A stretch of DNA of 64,000 nucleotides from Seison nebaliae (lineage: Eukaryota), in NCBI GenBank assembly GCA_023231475.1, contig JALJEE010001389.1:1-64000 (forward strand). Reading direction: 5' to 3'. The position numbers were made by a program, and so were the translations under genes. Shown here one piece after another: positions 12,101-24,809 of this stretch (position 1 is the first letter of the stretch; every line of letters starts with the position of its first letter). Below the pieces are notes generated by a model, which ran no database searches, had not been told where the DNA came from, and was given only the letters and a program-made list of their open reading frames with translations.

Positions 12101-14012
12101 AATTTGACGGTTGTTGGTGTTACACCACTGACAGTGGATGGTGAAGATGATGGTGTGAAAGTTCCATATGAAATCGAAGTCGTCGTACATTCATATGAGA
12201 AATTCAAACAATTTTGGTTGCAGAAATTCAACGTAATTCTTTCCGAATATCAAACTGAAGAGACTGATGAAATTTATGATTGTACATCGAACGTTTCACA
12301 ATTTTCACTTTTTTCTCTTCTTTCATTTTTCTTTGTAAAGGACTTTGATTGTTATTTGATCGATACGAATGGATATGTTGTTGTTTCGGAGAATGATGAT
12401 AATGTTAAAATTTTATGGATATGATTAACATCGTTAATTTTCCTAATAGATTGGAATGTCATTCGAAAAGATCAATTATAATGCATTCGCTGCCATTTAT
12501 CACGATATCCGTGATGGTTATCGTTCATTCAATGGATATGCAACATTGGATTATCAAGGAGTATGTTTGAACGAAATTAGAAAAGCTGCCAGTGCTGCAT
12601 CCACTCAAATTACTTGGGTTCAATTCTCAATTATTTCACAAGAAATTTTTATTAATTTTATTCTAAAAAATTCTAGTTCGTTCAAACATTATTCCAATAC
12701 ATTTTGATATCTTCCTATAATTTTATACGGTTCTTATTCTCTTTTAAATAATTCGGAAAGTTAAATAATTTTCAATATCTCTTTTAGAATTGTTGCTGAT
12801 ACATTAACAACAACAGCAACGACAACTGTAGCTGATATATTAAGACAGACATGTTAGAGATTGAGTTGTATTGTGAGAGATGATTTAAGAATGTATTTGT
12901 AGCTAGAGAACAATATGGACCAACGTCTTATTTGGGACAATTGGCATATGCAAATATTAATCATTTGGAAGATGATGAGAGACGTTCCCCTCAAAAATAT
13001 CGGGTATTTCCCTGTGAACACACTTTCTGGCGATTCGGTTCACCAGAACATTTCTCCCATCTCGTCTATCATAAGAATTTCGGCGACGACGAACTTATCA
13101 ATACAAACAACGACAATGCTCGTGATGGTGCGATTGAAGAGATCGACATTGTCAATACGAACACATCATTAGAAATAGCTAATGAAACTAATATTTATAA
13201 TTATCCAAATGTCAATAACATTTCTTTGGATGGTGATAAATCGTCTCTTCCTTCCACTACCACCGAATCATCATTTTATGATTTAGCCATTCATAACGAG
13301 AGAAAGAAACGTGAACATCGTCGTCAAGAAAGAATGATTCGTAGTAATGTCAGATATGAGGATTATGATGACGGAATTCAAATAACCGACGATTTCGAAG
13401 AAACGACTGGAACGACAGGAGATAACTCGAAATATACTCGCGACGGATTGCTTAATGAAGATATGAAAACTGAAGAAGACGTGAATGAGGAAGAATTGAA
13501 GAAACTTTTCAATGAACGATATATTCATAATGAAACAAAACTTTTCTTTGCACACGGTTATGAGACATCATACGATTGCACTCTCAACGAGACGACTGCA
13601 TCACCTGGGTTAGAATTTAAAAGATGGAAAACTATTTCAATGTCTCTTCTTTTATTAGACATCTATTTCTTCAACCAATTCCTCATACCAATCTCTACAT
13701 GTTAGTCCTTCGCAATAAATCAGTATGCATCGATCCTATACGAGATCATTCAATTCCTCATCGAGTTCATTCCTTTTCATTTTCATCAGAACTAATGTGT
13801 CTTTAAAGGTTCTCAAGAAGGAAAGTCGTATTTGTAAGGATATTAAAACTCCAGTCTACCATCGAGTACCTAAACGACCACCAGTGAATGAATCACTGAT
13901 ATTCATGGAACCGAACCAATGTACGATATCTACCGCTCCTCACTTTACAGTGAATGTTTTATTATGTTTATTTAATCCATTTTTCATTTTCATCATTTAT
14001 TTCACAATGTAA
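6134..14012 (+). CDS. CACNA2D: Voltage-gated calcium channel alpha2/delta subunit (alpha2delta-3/4, straightjacket type), ~1,770 aa
   Basis: Motifs SVVHVPTNIYD, WQFFCSSSGVFRYFPG, DLFDCRTRNWY, VWA MIDAS DSSGS and ITDG, Cache GVVGTDV and TNNGYLLFHPEL, CYLIDTNGYVVVS, hydrophobic GPI-type tail. Introns: 7169-7222, 7328-7387, 7663-7789, 8128-8180, 8588-8641, 8844-8888, 8939-9043, 9122-9897, 9982-10538, 10608-10656, 10738-10791, 10966-11029, 11132-11198, 11650-11700, 11789-11843, 12044-12086, 12293-12340, 12404-12449, 12618-12676, 12730-12787, 12853-12902, 13609-13658, 13765-13808. Spliced length 5310 nt, in frame. Start may instead be ATG 6308, just before the signal-like segment. Confidence 0.93.
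7562..7650 (+). repeat. Coding (ACN)n tract giving a poly-Thr run in alpha2delta
   Basis: Mixed ACC/ACA/ACT/ACG codons encoding nearly 30 consecutive Thr. Confidence 0.9.
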
Positions 14013-14165
14013 AATTGTAAATAAATCATTATTAAATTAAATTATCAATAAAAAATAAAAGGTTTTTTTTTCTTCAAGAAATCTTTTTATGGTCGAGAAT
14101 CAGAATATCTCCAATTCCATAATTATATACAAGATCGTAATATATATAATGAAATGAGTGTGCGT

Positions 14166-14196
<31 letters not shown>

Positions 14197-14452
14197 TGGT
14201 GAATGACAGAATAGATATTAATTATATACATAATTAAATTTGTTTATAATTATCTATCGATTCGGTTCATAAAACTGCGTGAGATTTTGTGGGAAAGATA
14301 AAATCTGATAGTTTTTTTTTCTTTTCTTGAAAAAGTGGTGGAATAAATCCTAAGAATGTTTAGGTAGGAGAATAATTAGATGTAAAAAGAAAATGAATAA
14401 TTCTATAAATAAAATATGAGAAGAAAAACGGAAATTCGAATTTGATGACATT

Positions 14453-17400
14453 CTATGATTGTTGTATCGTTTCAATCGAATTCGTCTCACTCATACGAGA
14501 CTTATTGATCGATTGTTCTTGCAGTCGATCAAGTATATTAAGAATATCAACAAAGTTTGGTCGTTCGTCAGGATCCGAATTCCAACAACGGAACAACAGA
14601 CTACACAAATCATACGGTACATCAGTTGCACGACGGATGGGACATATCTGTCCGTTGCCCACACGATAAACGATGGATTCGGGAGCGGCCGTTATACCGT
14701 AAGGATAATCGACGTATAATAATTCGTATAATATCGTCCCGAAAGCAAAGACGTCGATGGATTGATTGAATAAATTATCGATATTCTCATCAATCTGATT
14801 GATAGATAATTGTTTAATGATTTCCGGAGCGAGATATGTGAGCCAACCGCGTTTTAAATGTATTGCCTTCCGTCTACTTAATCCATGATTATAACGTCGT
14901 TGATTTAATCGCATCATATGAGAGAGAGAGAATAGTCCATAATCAGTGATGAGAACTTTGTAATTCTGCACGAAAACATTCGAACTCTTCAAATTCTTAT
15001 GAGTTATTTGTTTGGAATGGAGATAAGCGAGAGCTTGGGAGATTTGTAATGCTATCTGTAACGAACGTACTGCCGTCAATTGTTCTTTATTAAGATGTAT
15101 CAATTTGTATAAAGTACTACCACGAGCTAATGATGTGACGATGGCGAGATTCGGATAATCGGTACATGCGCCATAGAAAAGAACGAGATTGAGATGACGA
15201 GTCGTTCTCAGTATGGCGATTTCATTCTGAAATAATTTCATTTGACGACTACTCTCATTCTCGTCAGATGATTCGGCTAATTTGAGACATTTGACTGCAA
15301 CTTCTCCATGCCATTTGGCTCGATAAACTGAACCGAAATGACCACGTCCAATTTCTTCTTTGAAATGAATGTCTTCATAAGGAATACTCCATTCAGACTG
15401 TTGAGATGTGAGTGAGGCAGTGCGAGAATATCGAAATATTTGACGATTAATATCGGCGATGCTAATCGAATCAACCGAACTATCAATTTGAGTTAATGTA
15501 CAAGTTTTGGATGATGTCTGTTTACGATTCATATAAGTTTGTCGTTTCTGTTCAGCTGATGTCAAATGATGATTTGACGGTTGAGAGAAATCATTCATTT
15601 TCAACGAAAACGATGATGTTAATGGTGAGGATAATGATAATTTCGTCATCATCGGTTGTAGTTGTGAGGAGGTGGAAGTGGATTGGTCCGATTGATGATT
15701 AATAGTTATTAAAGAGAGAGAAGTATTGGTATGAATGGAAGTTGGTGTTAAGGAACGATTCGGATAAAGATTAGGAGAAGTTTTATGAAGATTATCATTC
15801 GCATTTTGACCCACTAAACGTTCATATAACATTCCATCAGTCGTATTAATCACCACATATGGATCATCCGGATCAATACAAGATGGATATGACGTAATGT
15901 TGATGGTGATATCGGAGCAGACGGACGTATGTCTTGAAGAGAATTTACTGTTTTCACCTGATGATTTGATTCCCATCGATCGTCGCCATTTAGTTAAAAT
16001 TGATCGTGATTTGTTCAAGAGTGGCGATAATGAGGAAAAGTTGTTAGTAGTGGAAGAAAGACGAGAACCGGAGGCCGTTCGACGACTAATCTCATTGGTG
16101 ACTGTTGTGATCTCGGAATGAGAACTACGATGAATGGGGAAAACGGTGGGATCACTTACTTCATCCATCCATAAATCGGTAATCAAACAATTTCTGGGTG
16201 CTCTTTTACGACATTCTTTATGACAACGAATCTTACATAAACGACATTTGAGTCCATTAAAAAGAATTCGTTTCGTACAAATTTCACAATGTGGCATTTT
16301 AATCGTATTAACAAATTGATGATCACGTCCAATTATATTATTATCATCTTCATCCAACTGAATTTTTATCTCATTACCATTCGAATTAATTGCAAATGCA
16401 TTGTTGTTATTGTTATTATTATTATTTTTATGCTGATTATTATTATTATTATTCTGATGAATGTCATTAGAAGAATTAATTAAATTTCCTTCATTCTCAT
16501 AATTCATCAATGGTTGATAATTGTCAGGATGAATGATATTATTATTCGTCGTCGTCGTCGTCGTCGTTGTTTTATCATTAGCCGACGAAGAGAATGATAA
16601 TATATTATCAGGTTTCGATGATCCACCTTCACTTGGGAAATTATGTTGTGTTTTATGCTTATGAGATAAATTCGTCCCATTAGTCAATTTGTTTATTCGA
16701 TTCGTTTCGTCTCCATACATCGGGCAATTTTCTTCTGTATTTATTTTACCTTCATCCGTTGTGATGGAAACTTCATCACATTCCATTCCAATAACAGAAG
16801 TAGGTCGTTGGAAAAGCGAAAAATTATCAGAAACTTTCTTCCTTATTCGATTGTGAGGAATAGGATTGTTGTTGTGATGCCGCACTTTCTTCTTCTTCTT
16901 CTTATTCTTCATCTTATTCTCCATATGACTTGTCGTCATTTGATTAATGTCGGTTAACGACGTCGTCCCATTCGATATTCCGCCTGTTGACATTGTCATC
17001 ATATCGTCATTCGTTAACGTCGATGTTCCTAAAATGTTCGTTTGGTTGGAATTCTTTAATAATTTCTTCTTTTTCAAATAAATTTCTCCCTCATTCAAAT
17101 GGTCTGTGACGGTAGTCTTTTGTAAATTGCCATCGACTCCCGGCCTCAATACACAATTGCCGACGAATGTTACGGATTGGAGGATGTAGTCGAGAGAATC
17201 CTTTATCATATCGAACGATGTGGAGAAGTCATTAAGATAGTGATTCGTATCGTTGACATCAAGAAAACCACCGTCTTTCGATGAAGTGGGTGATGAGAAG
17301 ATCGAAGATGAATGAGAATTTCTGATGAATTGTCTCTCTCCGAACTTCGAATCGAACATCGTCGTTGACGGTGAATGAAGCAAATCAAAGAAATTCTCAT

Positions 17401-19423
17401 TCGTTTCAATGTTTGCATAAAAGAATTTCTTCTCCGCTAAAAGGAGACGATTAGATTTGAACGTATTCTCATCAGTTACCGCTCGAAGATGATGTGGAAG
17501 AACGGAGTAAAAGTAGCCGACGATATTCGTAACATTCCGCAATTTGTTCTCAAATATTCTCGTCTTCTCTTTCATATCATGATGATGTTGTACAGATTCG
17601 GTGGAGAGATAAGGTGATAGGTAAGATAATAAGGTTGTTGAAATATCAGATTGGAATGTTGGCAATTCCATATGGATCGATGAGGATGATGGTGAAGAAG
17701 ATGGTGGTGTGGATGTGGATGTAGAACACGAATGATTGGGAGATGTCGACATGATATATTGGATATTCATGTTAACTAATTTATCATATTCGTTATTTAC
17801 ATAAAACCAGATATATGGATAATTGCCACAATATCTGGTGATGGAATCGATAAAAACGAAAAGTGATGAATATTCTTCTAACAATTTCCTCACATTCACA
17901 TTTTCATTAATCAATCGACGATTCTCATTTAAGAGCAAATATTTCAACGAATAAAGAAGAACAGGAACCGGTTCAATGTCGTTGATAAGATCGTCGTCAT
18001 TCTCCTGGTCATTCAACTGAATCGAACGATGGAGGACAATGGAGAGATTGTAAAAGAATTGCCGACAATCCGAATTAGCTTTGATGAATGGGAATGAACG
18101 TGTATTATTACAGGATGATGGGTTACCATTCTTATTCACTCGGTTATGATCACTCCGATGATTGTTATTTCGGCGAATAATCGATTTTTGTAATTTTTTT
18201 AAATTTTTCATTTTCTTACAAAAACGTTTCATATTATTATCCATTTCACTCCTTCCTAACGACAATTCATTGAATGTGTTTATTGCAATAATTATTTCAT
18301 TCTCTATCAATAACTGATAAGCGACTAAGAAGGATAAAGTTCGATGAGCGAAAACTATGCGAAGAATTTCTGTTTTTGTTGCCATGATCTTTTGGAGTAG
18401 TGTTGCCAACGTCGTTGATTGGAGACATAATAAATAATCTAATGTCAATCCATAAGTGACGAGATATTTCTGAGAGGAAGCGTTCAATCCCACAAATTTC
18501 AGCCAGAGCATCGTAATAATTGAAACAATCTTTCCCAATTTCATATTCTCATCCATATTATTCGTCAATTGATCAGTTCGATCGATTGTTTGAATATTGA
18601 GTGGATTAGAACAAGTTTGTTCATGATCAATTAACAGATCGTCAATGGCATTCTCATTCAAGATCGTCGTCATCTCGATAAGATCGATATCGTATTTCTC
18701 ATCGTTATCATCAACATTCTCGTCGAAGGAAATCGTTTCATCGAATAACGAATTATTCAGCGTATCTCTCGTTTCATAGAATAAACTATACAGATTCTCA
18801 TCATTCAAATCGAATGACGAGGAATTATTCAGATTACTCAAATCCTTTCGATTGTTCGATGAGCGGATTGGCGTTTCGAATGACGATGGCTGTGAAGACG
18901 TAGTTGAGGATGTTGATAATTGTGATGTGATTTTATGTGCTGATGTAGGTGGTGGTGGTGTGGTTGATGATGGAAAGATTTTCGGTAGAGTTGAATGGGA
19001 ATTATGAGAGAATGAAAATGATTGAGATATGAGTGTTCGATAAATGTCCAACAACAGTATGAAATTAGCGAATTGTTTCAACACTTCATCTTCCTTACTT
19101 CTCATGAGTTGGAGTTGCTTATCGAAATAATGACGCCGTTCCGCCATTTCTACCATCGAATTATTTAACGAAGTGACGGAAGCTGATATCGATTTGGAAT
19201 GGTCATATTTGTTGCCATACTTTAGGATCTTACGAGACAAATGATTACTGAACGTCGTATAGAGAGGTTGCTTCGTTTTTTGATTATTGTTCGTCTGTGT
19301 TTGATCGAACATGTTAAGTAGTTGTTGTTGCATTGCAACGACATTGTCAACTTCATTTCTGATATCAATCAGATTTCGATCAATCGATTTCTTGATACGT
19401 TTCTTTAACGAGTTTAGTATCAT
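14453..19423 (-). CDS. KSR: Kinase suppressor of Ras (KSR)-like protein: SAM-like region, C1 domain, RAF-family (pseudo)kinase domain; single exon, 1656 aa
   Basis: C1 domain HQF...CEIC...GLKCRLCKIRCHKEC...C. Kinase motifs EWSIPY, GRGHFGSVY, WHGEVAVK, RTTRHLNLVLFYGAC, HKNLKSSNVF, ITDYGLF, GWLTYLAPEII, DVFAFGTILYEL; the last two are KSR-type rather than RAF-type. WLKFVGL resembles the KSR CC-SAM segment. Confidence 0.9.
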   Translation of the reverse strand: MILNSLKKRIKKSIDRNLIDIRNEVDNVVAMQQQLLNMFDQTQTNNNQKTKQPLYTTFSNHLSRKILKYGNKYDHSKSISASVTSLNNSMVEMAERRHYFDKQLQLMRSKEDEVLKQFANFILLLDIYRTLISQSFSFSHNSHSTLPKIFPSSTTPPPPTSAHKITSQLSTSSTTSSQPSSFETPIRSSNNRKDLSNLNNSSSFDLNDENLYSLFYETRDTLNNSLFDETISFDENVDDNDEKYDIDLIEMTTILNENAIDDLLIDHEQTCSNPLNIQTIDRTDQLTNNMDENMKLGKIVSIITMLWLKFVGLNASSQKYLVTYGLTLDYLLCLQSTTLATLLQKIMATKTEILRIVFAHRTLSFLVAYQLLIENEIIIAINTFNELSLGRSEMDNNMKRFCKKMKNLKKLQKSIIRRNNNHRSDHNRVNKNGNPSSCNNTRSFPFIKANSDCRQFFYNLSIVLHRSIQLNDQENDDDLINDIEPVPVLLYSLKYLLLNENRRLINENVNVRKLLEEYSSLFVFIDSITRYCGNYPYIWFYVNNEYDKLVNMNIQYIMSTSPNHSCSTSTSTPPSSSPSSSSIHMELPTFQSDISTTLLSYLSPYLSTESVQHHHDMKEKTRIFENKLRNVTNIVGYFYSVLPHHLRAVTDENTFKSNRLLLAEKKFFYANIETNENFFDLLHSPSTTMFDSKFGERQFIRNSHSSSIFSSPTSSKDGGFLDVNDTNHYLNDFSTSFDMIKDSLDYILQSVTFVGNCVLRPGVDGNLQKTTVTDHLNEGEIYLKKKKLLKNSNQTNILGTSTLTNDDMMTMSTGGISNGTTSLTDINQMTTSHMENKMKNKKKKKKVRHHNNNPIPHNRIRKKVSDNFSLFQRPTSVIGMECDEVSITTDEGKINTEENCPMYGDETNRINKLTNGTNLSHKHKTQHNFPSEGGSSKPDNILSFSSSANDKTTTTTTTTNNNIIHPDNYQPLMNYENEGNLINSSNDIHQNNNNNNQHKNNNNNNNNNAFAINSNGNEIKIQLDEDDNNIIGRDHQFVNTIKMPHCEICTKRILFNGLKCRLCKIRCHKECRKRAPRNCLITDLWMDEVSDPTVFPIHRSSHSEITTVTNEISRRTASGSRLSSTTNNFSSLSPLLNKSRSILTKWRRSMGIKSSGENSKFSSRHTSVCSDITINITSYPSCIDPDDPYVVINTTDGMLYERLVGQNANDNLHKTSPNLYPNRSLTPTSIHTNTSLSLITINHQSDQSTSTSSQLQPMMTKLSLSSPLTSSFSLKMNDFSQPSNHHLTSAEQKRQTYMNRKQTSSKTCTLTQIDSSVDSISIADINRQIFRYSRTASLTSQQSEWSIPYEDIHFKEEIGRGHFGSVYRAKWHGEVAVKCLKLAESSDENESSRQMKLFQNEIAILRTTRHLNLVLFYGACTDYPNLAIVTSLARGSTLYKLIHLNKEQLTAVRSLQIALQISQALAYLHSKQITHKNLKSSNVFVQNYKVLITDYGLFSLSHMMRLNQRRYNHGLSRRKAIHLKRGWLTYLAPEIIKQLSINQIDENIDNLFNQSIDVFAFGTILYELLYVDYPYGITAAPESIVYRVGNGQICPIRRATDVPYDLCSLLFRCWNSDPDERPNFVDILNILDRLQEQSINKSRMSETNSIETIQQS

Positions 19424-22400
19424 TCTATTATTGAAAGTTGTGGATGTGATTATTTCTCATAACTTTGTCATATTCGTGCATAGTGAAATAGATCTGATGG
19501 ATCGTCGTTTTGCAAATGGATAGAAATGTGGAACTAATAAGAAGAAAAAGGAAGAGAAAATGCACGAAATTATTCATGGAACATTCTCGGAAGGGAAATG
19601 ATGAAACTGAAGGAAATATCCGAATAATTGACAGGAAAATTAAAAAGAAAATATACTCATTAATGAAATTACTATTTCATCTGCTTCTTCTCCTTCCTAT
19701 ATTTATTTGTTCTTTTTGTTTTCCTCTTCCTCTCAATCCATAATAGCTTTCATCCACTTTCTCATTCACCTCGTCAACAAAACACTTAACAACACAAGAT
19801 CAGAATCAGTCGTGAATTGGAAGATACCTGTTAAAGAACAATTATTACGTCATCTGGTTATTCGTTGTCATTTCCGTCTCAATTCCTTAATAATCAATCA
19901 GAAATCATTATCTCAATTCTTCGATTTTCTTATAAACATTCTCTTGTTCCATTAAATAACTCATCCAATAATTTCCGTCATGAAATAATTACCTTTATTT
20001 ACATTCGTATCAAAATCTAATACAATTATATTATTCTCCTCCCGCCTCCCTCCTCCTGATAAGATATACATATCTACATCTTATTACATCTGAATTGCAC
20101 AGTGCACATACTTTACAGATGCCTACGTCCCACCATCATATCAGGATATATATGCATTCTTCTATTTACTTATCAATGTATTCTTATTATTATTATTATT
20201 AAGTCGCGAATCATCATCATCATCATCATCATTCTCGTTATCATAATAACAGTACAAGTAAAGATTGTTGGGGGTGGAAAGAATGAGAAGTTTTTTTTAA
20301 AACAAAAAAAAATAACATAAAATTAATAGTAATAACAATAACAAAAATATTAACATCGGAGTTTATGTATATTAATAGTTATGAATTATGATTCTATCTT
20401 GCTTATAATCGTCTTTCTTTTTTTCTTCGTCTTTTTACTCATTCTCTTCATTCATTCAGTCAGTTAATCATGTCTCCTCCAATGTAATTATTCATAATTC
20501 TCATTTTCTCACAGAAACGAACCATTACTACGTACAACACTATGTATGCAATATTTCTCATTCAATCAGTCTCATCATCATCACCATCACCATCATCATC
20601 ATCATAATTCTTCAGTTTCTTTCTCCTTTTATTTTTTTTCTTTGACTGTATTCCACTACTACTATTGCTATTACTATTACTATTACGAATGTGAAGGATG
20701 TGTGTGTGTGTTTGTGTGTGTGTGCACAATTAGTTGGCGAATGTGCATGTATGCCAATCAACAAAAACGGAATAATACTTAAGCGCACTATGATAGCAAT
20801 ATTAGAGAATATGGATCAATTATACACAATTGATTATATAACTTATTATTGGAAAATTTCAAATGTCGAACATTCCATTTCTCGTCGGTACGTATCAGCC
20901 ATCTTCTCTTTCATGTATATACATATACATTGTTCCTTCAATCTTAGGGAATTTCCATTAAAAAATGAAAGTGTCAGTTTATAGAAGCCGAAGTGGTTTC
21001 TTCCATGAAGGAAGGAACTATATAAAACTGCATGTCAGCAGAAGGATGATCATGTCAAACAGGGAATTCCTACTACAGATAAAACAGGGACCTCCTCGCA
21101 GTCTGGACATTTCCTGTTCCTTAACAATTCTCATAAACCATCTCAAGTCCATCGGTCATTAATTCAGTCTATTCCATTTCTTCATTTAACTGTCTTCCCT
21201 CCTATTAATATCATTTATACAATCCACCACATAAAAATTGAACGGAAAAAAGAACGGTCAAATCTCTAATTTAGTTTGACGCTAACAATAATAATATGAT
21301 TTGGCAACTATCGAAAAAAGAAAGTAGAATTCGTTCAATTGTCCAGCACAAATTGGAAATATGCACACTTTCGCTCTAGAGAGGTGTCATCCGTTTAATT
21401 TTAATGAACGAATCTTCTTACAAACCAATTCATCATGTGCCTTCAAATTTTCTTCGTCGGATCGGAAGTTCCTCAATCTTCTTTCATTTTATACCATAAC
21501 ATGACGTAATTTGAAATATCAATCCATCGTAGACATACAATTCTATATCTCATATATCTCCAATATGATTCATAACAAAATATCTTCCAAACTCTCTTAA
21601 TTCATTCGATTTCCTACGATGAATTCTTATTAAACTTAATCTGAAGATATTTTATCCGATATCCAACAATTGTTATTTCTAACAATTTGATTCTGTTCCA
21701 ACAAAAAATAACAAAAAGAAGAGTTTCAATGAGAGACATCTTCCTCCTTCGAAGAATGTAAGGCTTTCCAATTTTGAACTGTTATCTAGAATTTGAACAG
21801 CTCTTGAAGATTTGTTTGACGAAGGAAACTTATTTGTTTCTACATCTTATGCCATTGCTAATATTTCCCCCAGAACCTCTATTCCACTTTCACCGTTCTC
21901 TACTACTTCTCATTTCACTTTTGGTTAGTCTCATCCTTCATTTGTTCCACTATGGAATCGATTCCGATGGTGTTGATCCCCTTCTCCCCTTTCTCTCTCT
22001 TCCTCGATTTCTTTACAATTTTTAAGTACAAGATAAATAAAGGAGACGTGTATGGTGGGAGAAGGAATCGAAAAAGGCAAAAATAACTGGAGAAAATTGA
22101 AGATGGAATGAAGATGGAATGAAGAAATAATTTATTTAACTACGTGCTTCCATCATTCTGGTTGGAGATGTACGATATTCTTTCTGCCTCTACATCTTTG
22201 AGATAGTATATGTTGTGCTGGATGGAAGATATATGTATTAAGATGTACTACTCATATTTCTCCGTACAAAAAAAATTGTTGAAGAAGAAGTCGATTATAA
22301 AGAGTAGAAATGACGAATATTGAACACATCATTGATAGGTAAAGTAATACACATTAATAATCTCACAACTGACCAAGGAAGACGATGAAGTGTAGTCACG

Positions 22401-24809
22401 TAGTGTTTGGACCCACCTTCTTTTCCGATGAGAATCCAATGAAACCTTCTTTGGAAAACACACCCAGCTAAAATGAAATCAGACAAACAATTTCGTTCTA
22501 GGACTCAAGAATTTCCACTAAGTGGAAATCCCCATTCCATTTGAGAGTGAAGGAAAAATAAATTTAAAAACGAAAAACTTGAAAATAATCAACATTTAAA
22601 TACAAACAAATAAATATTTTAGAAGGAAATCAGTTCCTAATTGTTTAAGATTCGAAAGCATTCTTTCGGCATATACTTAATATTAACAAATGTTCGGTAA
22701 AATAGTGAATCATTACATAAGTGATACGTTGAAATGAATTAATTACGTATAAAATAGTAAATTAGAGATGTTACTTAAACAGAACGTCTATCATTATTCC
22801 GCTCCGGATGAAAAGAAAAACATGAAGAATCCACATAATTCCGTTAATAAAGTTTAACCAGTTGATAATAAATAACTTTAAAATGTTTTAATTAGTTATC
22901 GTTGGACACTACGATTGTGCATGTGATCAGTGTTAAAACAAAAAATAAATAAAATAAAATTGTCGTCCTTAAAAATGACTCCTAATGATAATGGAGTTGT
23001 TAGATAAAATATTAACTTATTTTTAATGAAATATTTTTAGTCGAATTTGAGAGGAATGCATTCCCGATGACATGTGGACAGAAGAGGTCTAATTGATACA
23101 ATATTATCCATTATATTTTTCCTAACCAAATTTTTTGCTGTTTAAAAAGCCAGGTTTAACTATTATGATTCTAAGAACAGTTGTCGTTGTGTTTAATATC
23201 TTCAGTTGATCTATAAAATATTGGTGGCTCTGAATGGAATTAATGAATCATTGAACGAATTCTAAATGAAGTTTTCTTCTAAAGAATAGAGTTGAATGAC
23301 GAACTAATATTTGAGCTAGATTTTTTCGTCATCCAAGTCGATGTCCTACCGTTTTTGGATCATTGATTACTGCCTCTTCCTTCTACTCATCCACATTCCA
23401 TTTTTTTTTCTTTTATTTGATTATCACATAAAATTATAATATAAAAAAAGAAGTAAAAAATGAGAAAGCAGAGAAAAGAAGTAATTTCTTCTCCTTTTCG
23501 TCTTTCTAATATCGTTTCTTTTCTTTGTGAGAAGCGATATAAATTCTAATAAATTTTCCAGCATATCCTCTAATAACCAACATTCATAAGAAGAGTATTC
23601 ATATTTTAAATAATAAAATTTATCGTTTGAAAATAATTAATCTCATGAGTCGTAATAATATGATATGGCATCGTAAAAATAGATTATTCTTCTATCAGCT
23701 CGTTAATATTTGTTAGAATTTCATTCTTTTTCAATTTTCAAAACTTTTCGTTCGTTTGGAGGAATGCTCGTGAATTTTAGTCCGTTCCTCTTCTTAATAA
23801 TTTATTGGAGAAATCCTAAATCTTAATAATCTTAAAAAGATTTATTGGAATAACACGAATGTTGCTTCTATTTCTCGAATAATATTAACTTTTCTGAAAT
23901 TCACTTAATGTTGTTTGGAATTGATAAGAAAAACATTCTTTTTCATCCATTTATTTCGTCCAAACGATTTTTTTTTATTAATGAGAGAATGATAAATGAA
24001 GATGAAGAATAAAAATGATGATTGTGAAGAAATTAATTTAATTAAAAAATGTTTATGAATGAATATTGGAAAACCTAAAATTTCTCGCGAAAAAGAACAA
24101 AGAATATTAGGAAGGTCTAAATATGAGCATTCTCACAAACAATTCTGTATTTGTTAGATTGCCGATAGATTTGGTTGTTGAGTTGGGTCGTGTCAACAAT
24201 ATTTTAGTGATTGAAGATGTACTTCAAAGGGAAGTTGTTGGACATCAGGAAGTTATCCGTCATGACTTATCCCATTCATCAATCCCAATAAGAAATTGAG
24301 TGGAAGATTTCAATAAAATTAATATATATATATATATTTTTAATATCGGCATCTTCTACCACTTGTAAATATTTAGAGAATATTGATTCAACATTCATGA
24401 AAAAGAAATAAGCGTGCGATCTTAATTGTTGAAAGAACTCCTACCTTAATCAAACACGTTTCCTCCCAACAGTTAAGATGGGGAGAGTGCATTCAAGCAA
24501 AAACTAACACATTGATTTTCTAACAATGTCTAAATAACCATTCCGAATTCTCCTTCTCCATAACTCCACGACAGCGAAGGAGAAAGAGAGATGCCGATTA
24601 GAATATACGTCAGTTTAGTTTTGACGTAATAACGATTTTATGTGAATAGAAAGGACCTGAAGGCTTTTTTCAGAAAATTGGAAAAGAACATAGGAGAGTG
24701 GGAATAAAAAATTGATCAAAAATAAAATTTGTTTGAATAACTTCATTTTGTGTTTGGAAGGAGAATTGGAAAAGATTAAATTAAAAAGAAACCGAATTCA
24801 TATTTAGAA

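Noticed and set aside
19500..24800. Short ORFs (60-97 aa) upstream of KSR
   Set aside because: Low-complexity or microsatellite-derived, often with non-ATG starts, no motifs and no consistent exon chain; likely UTR or regulatory DNA.
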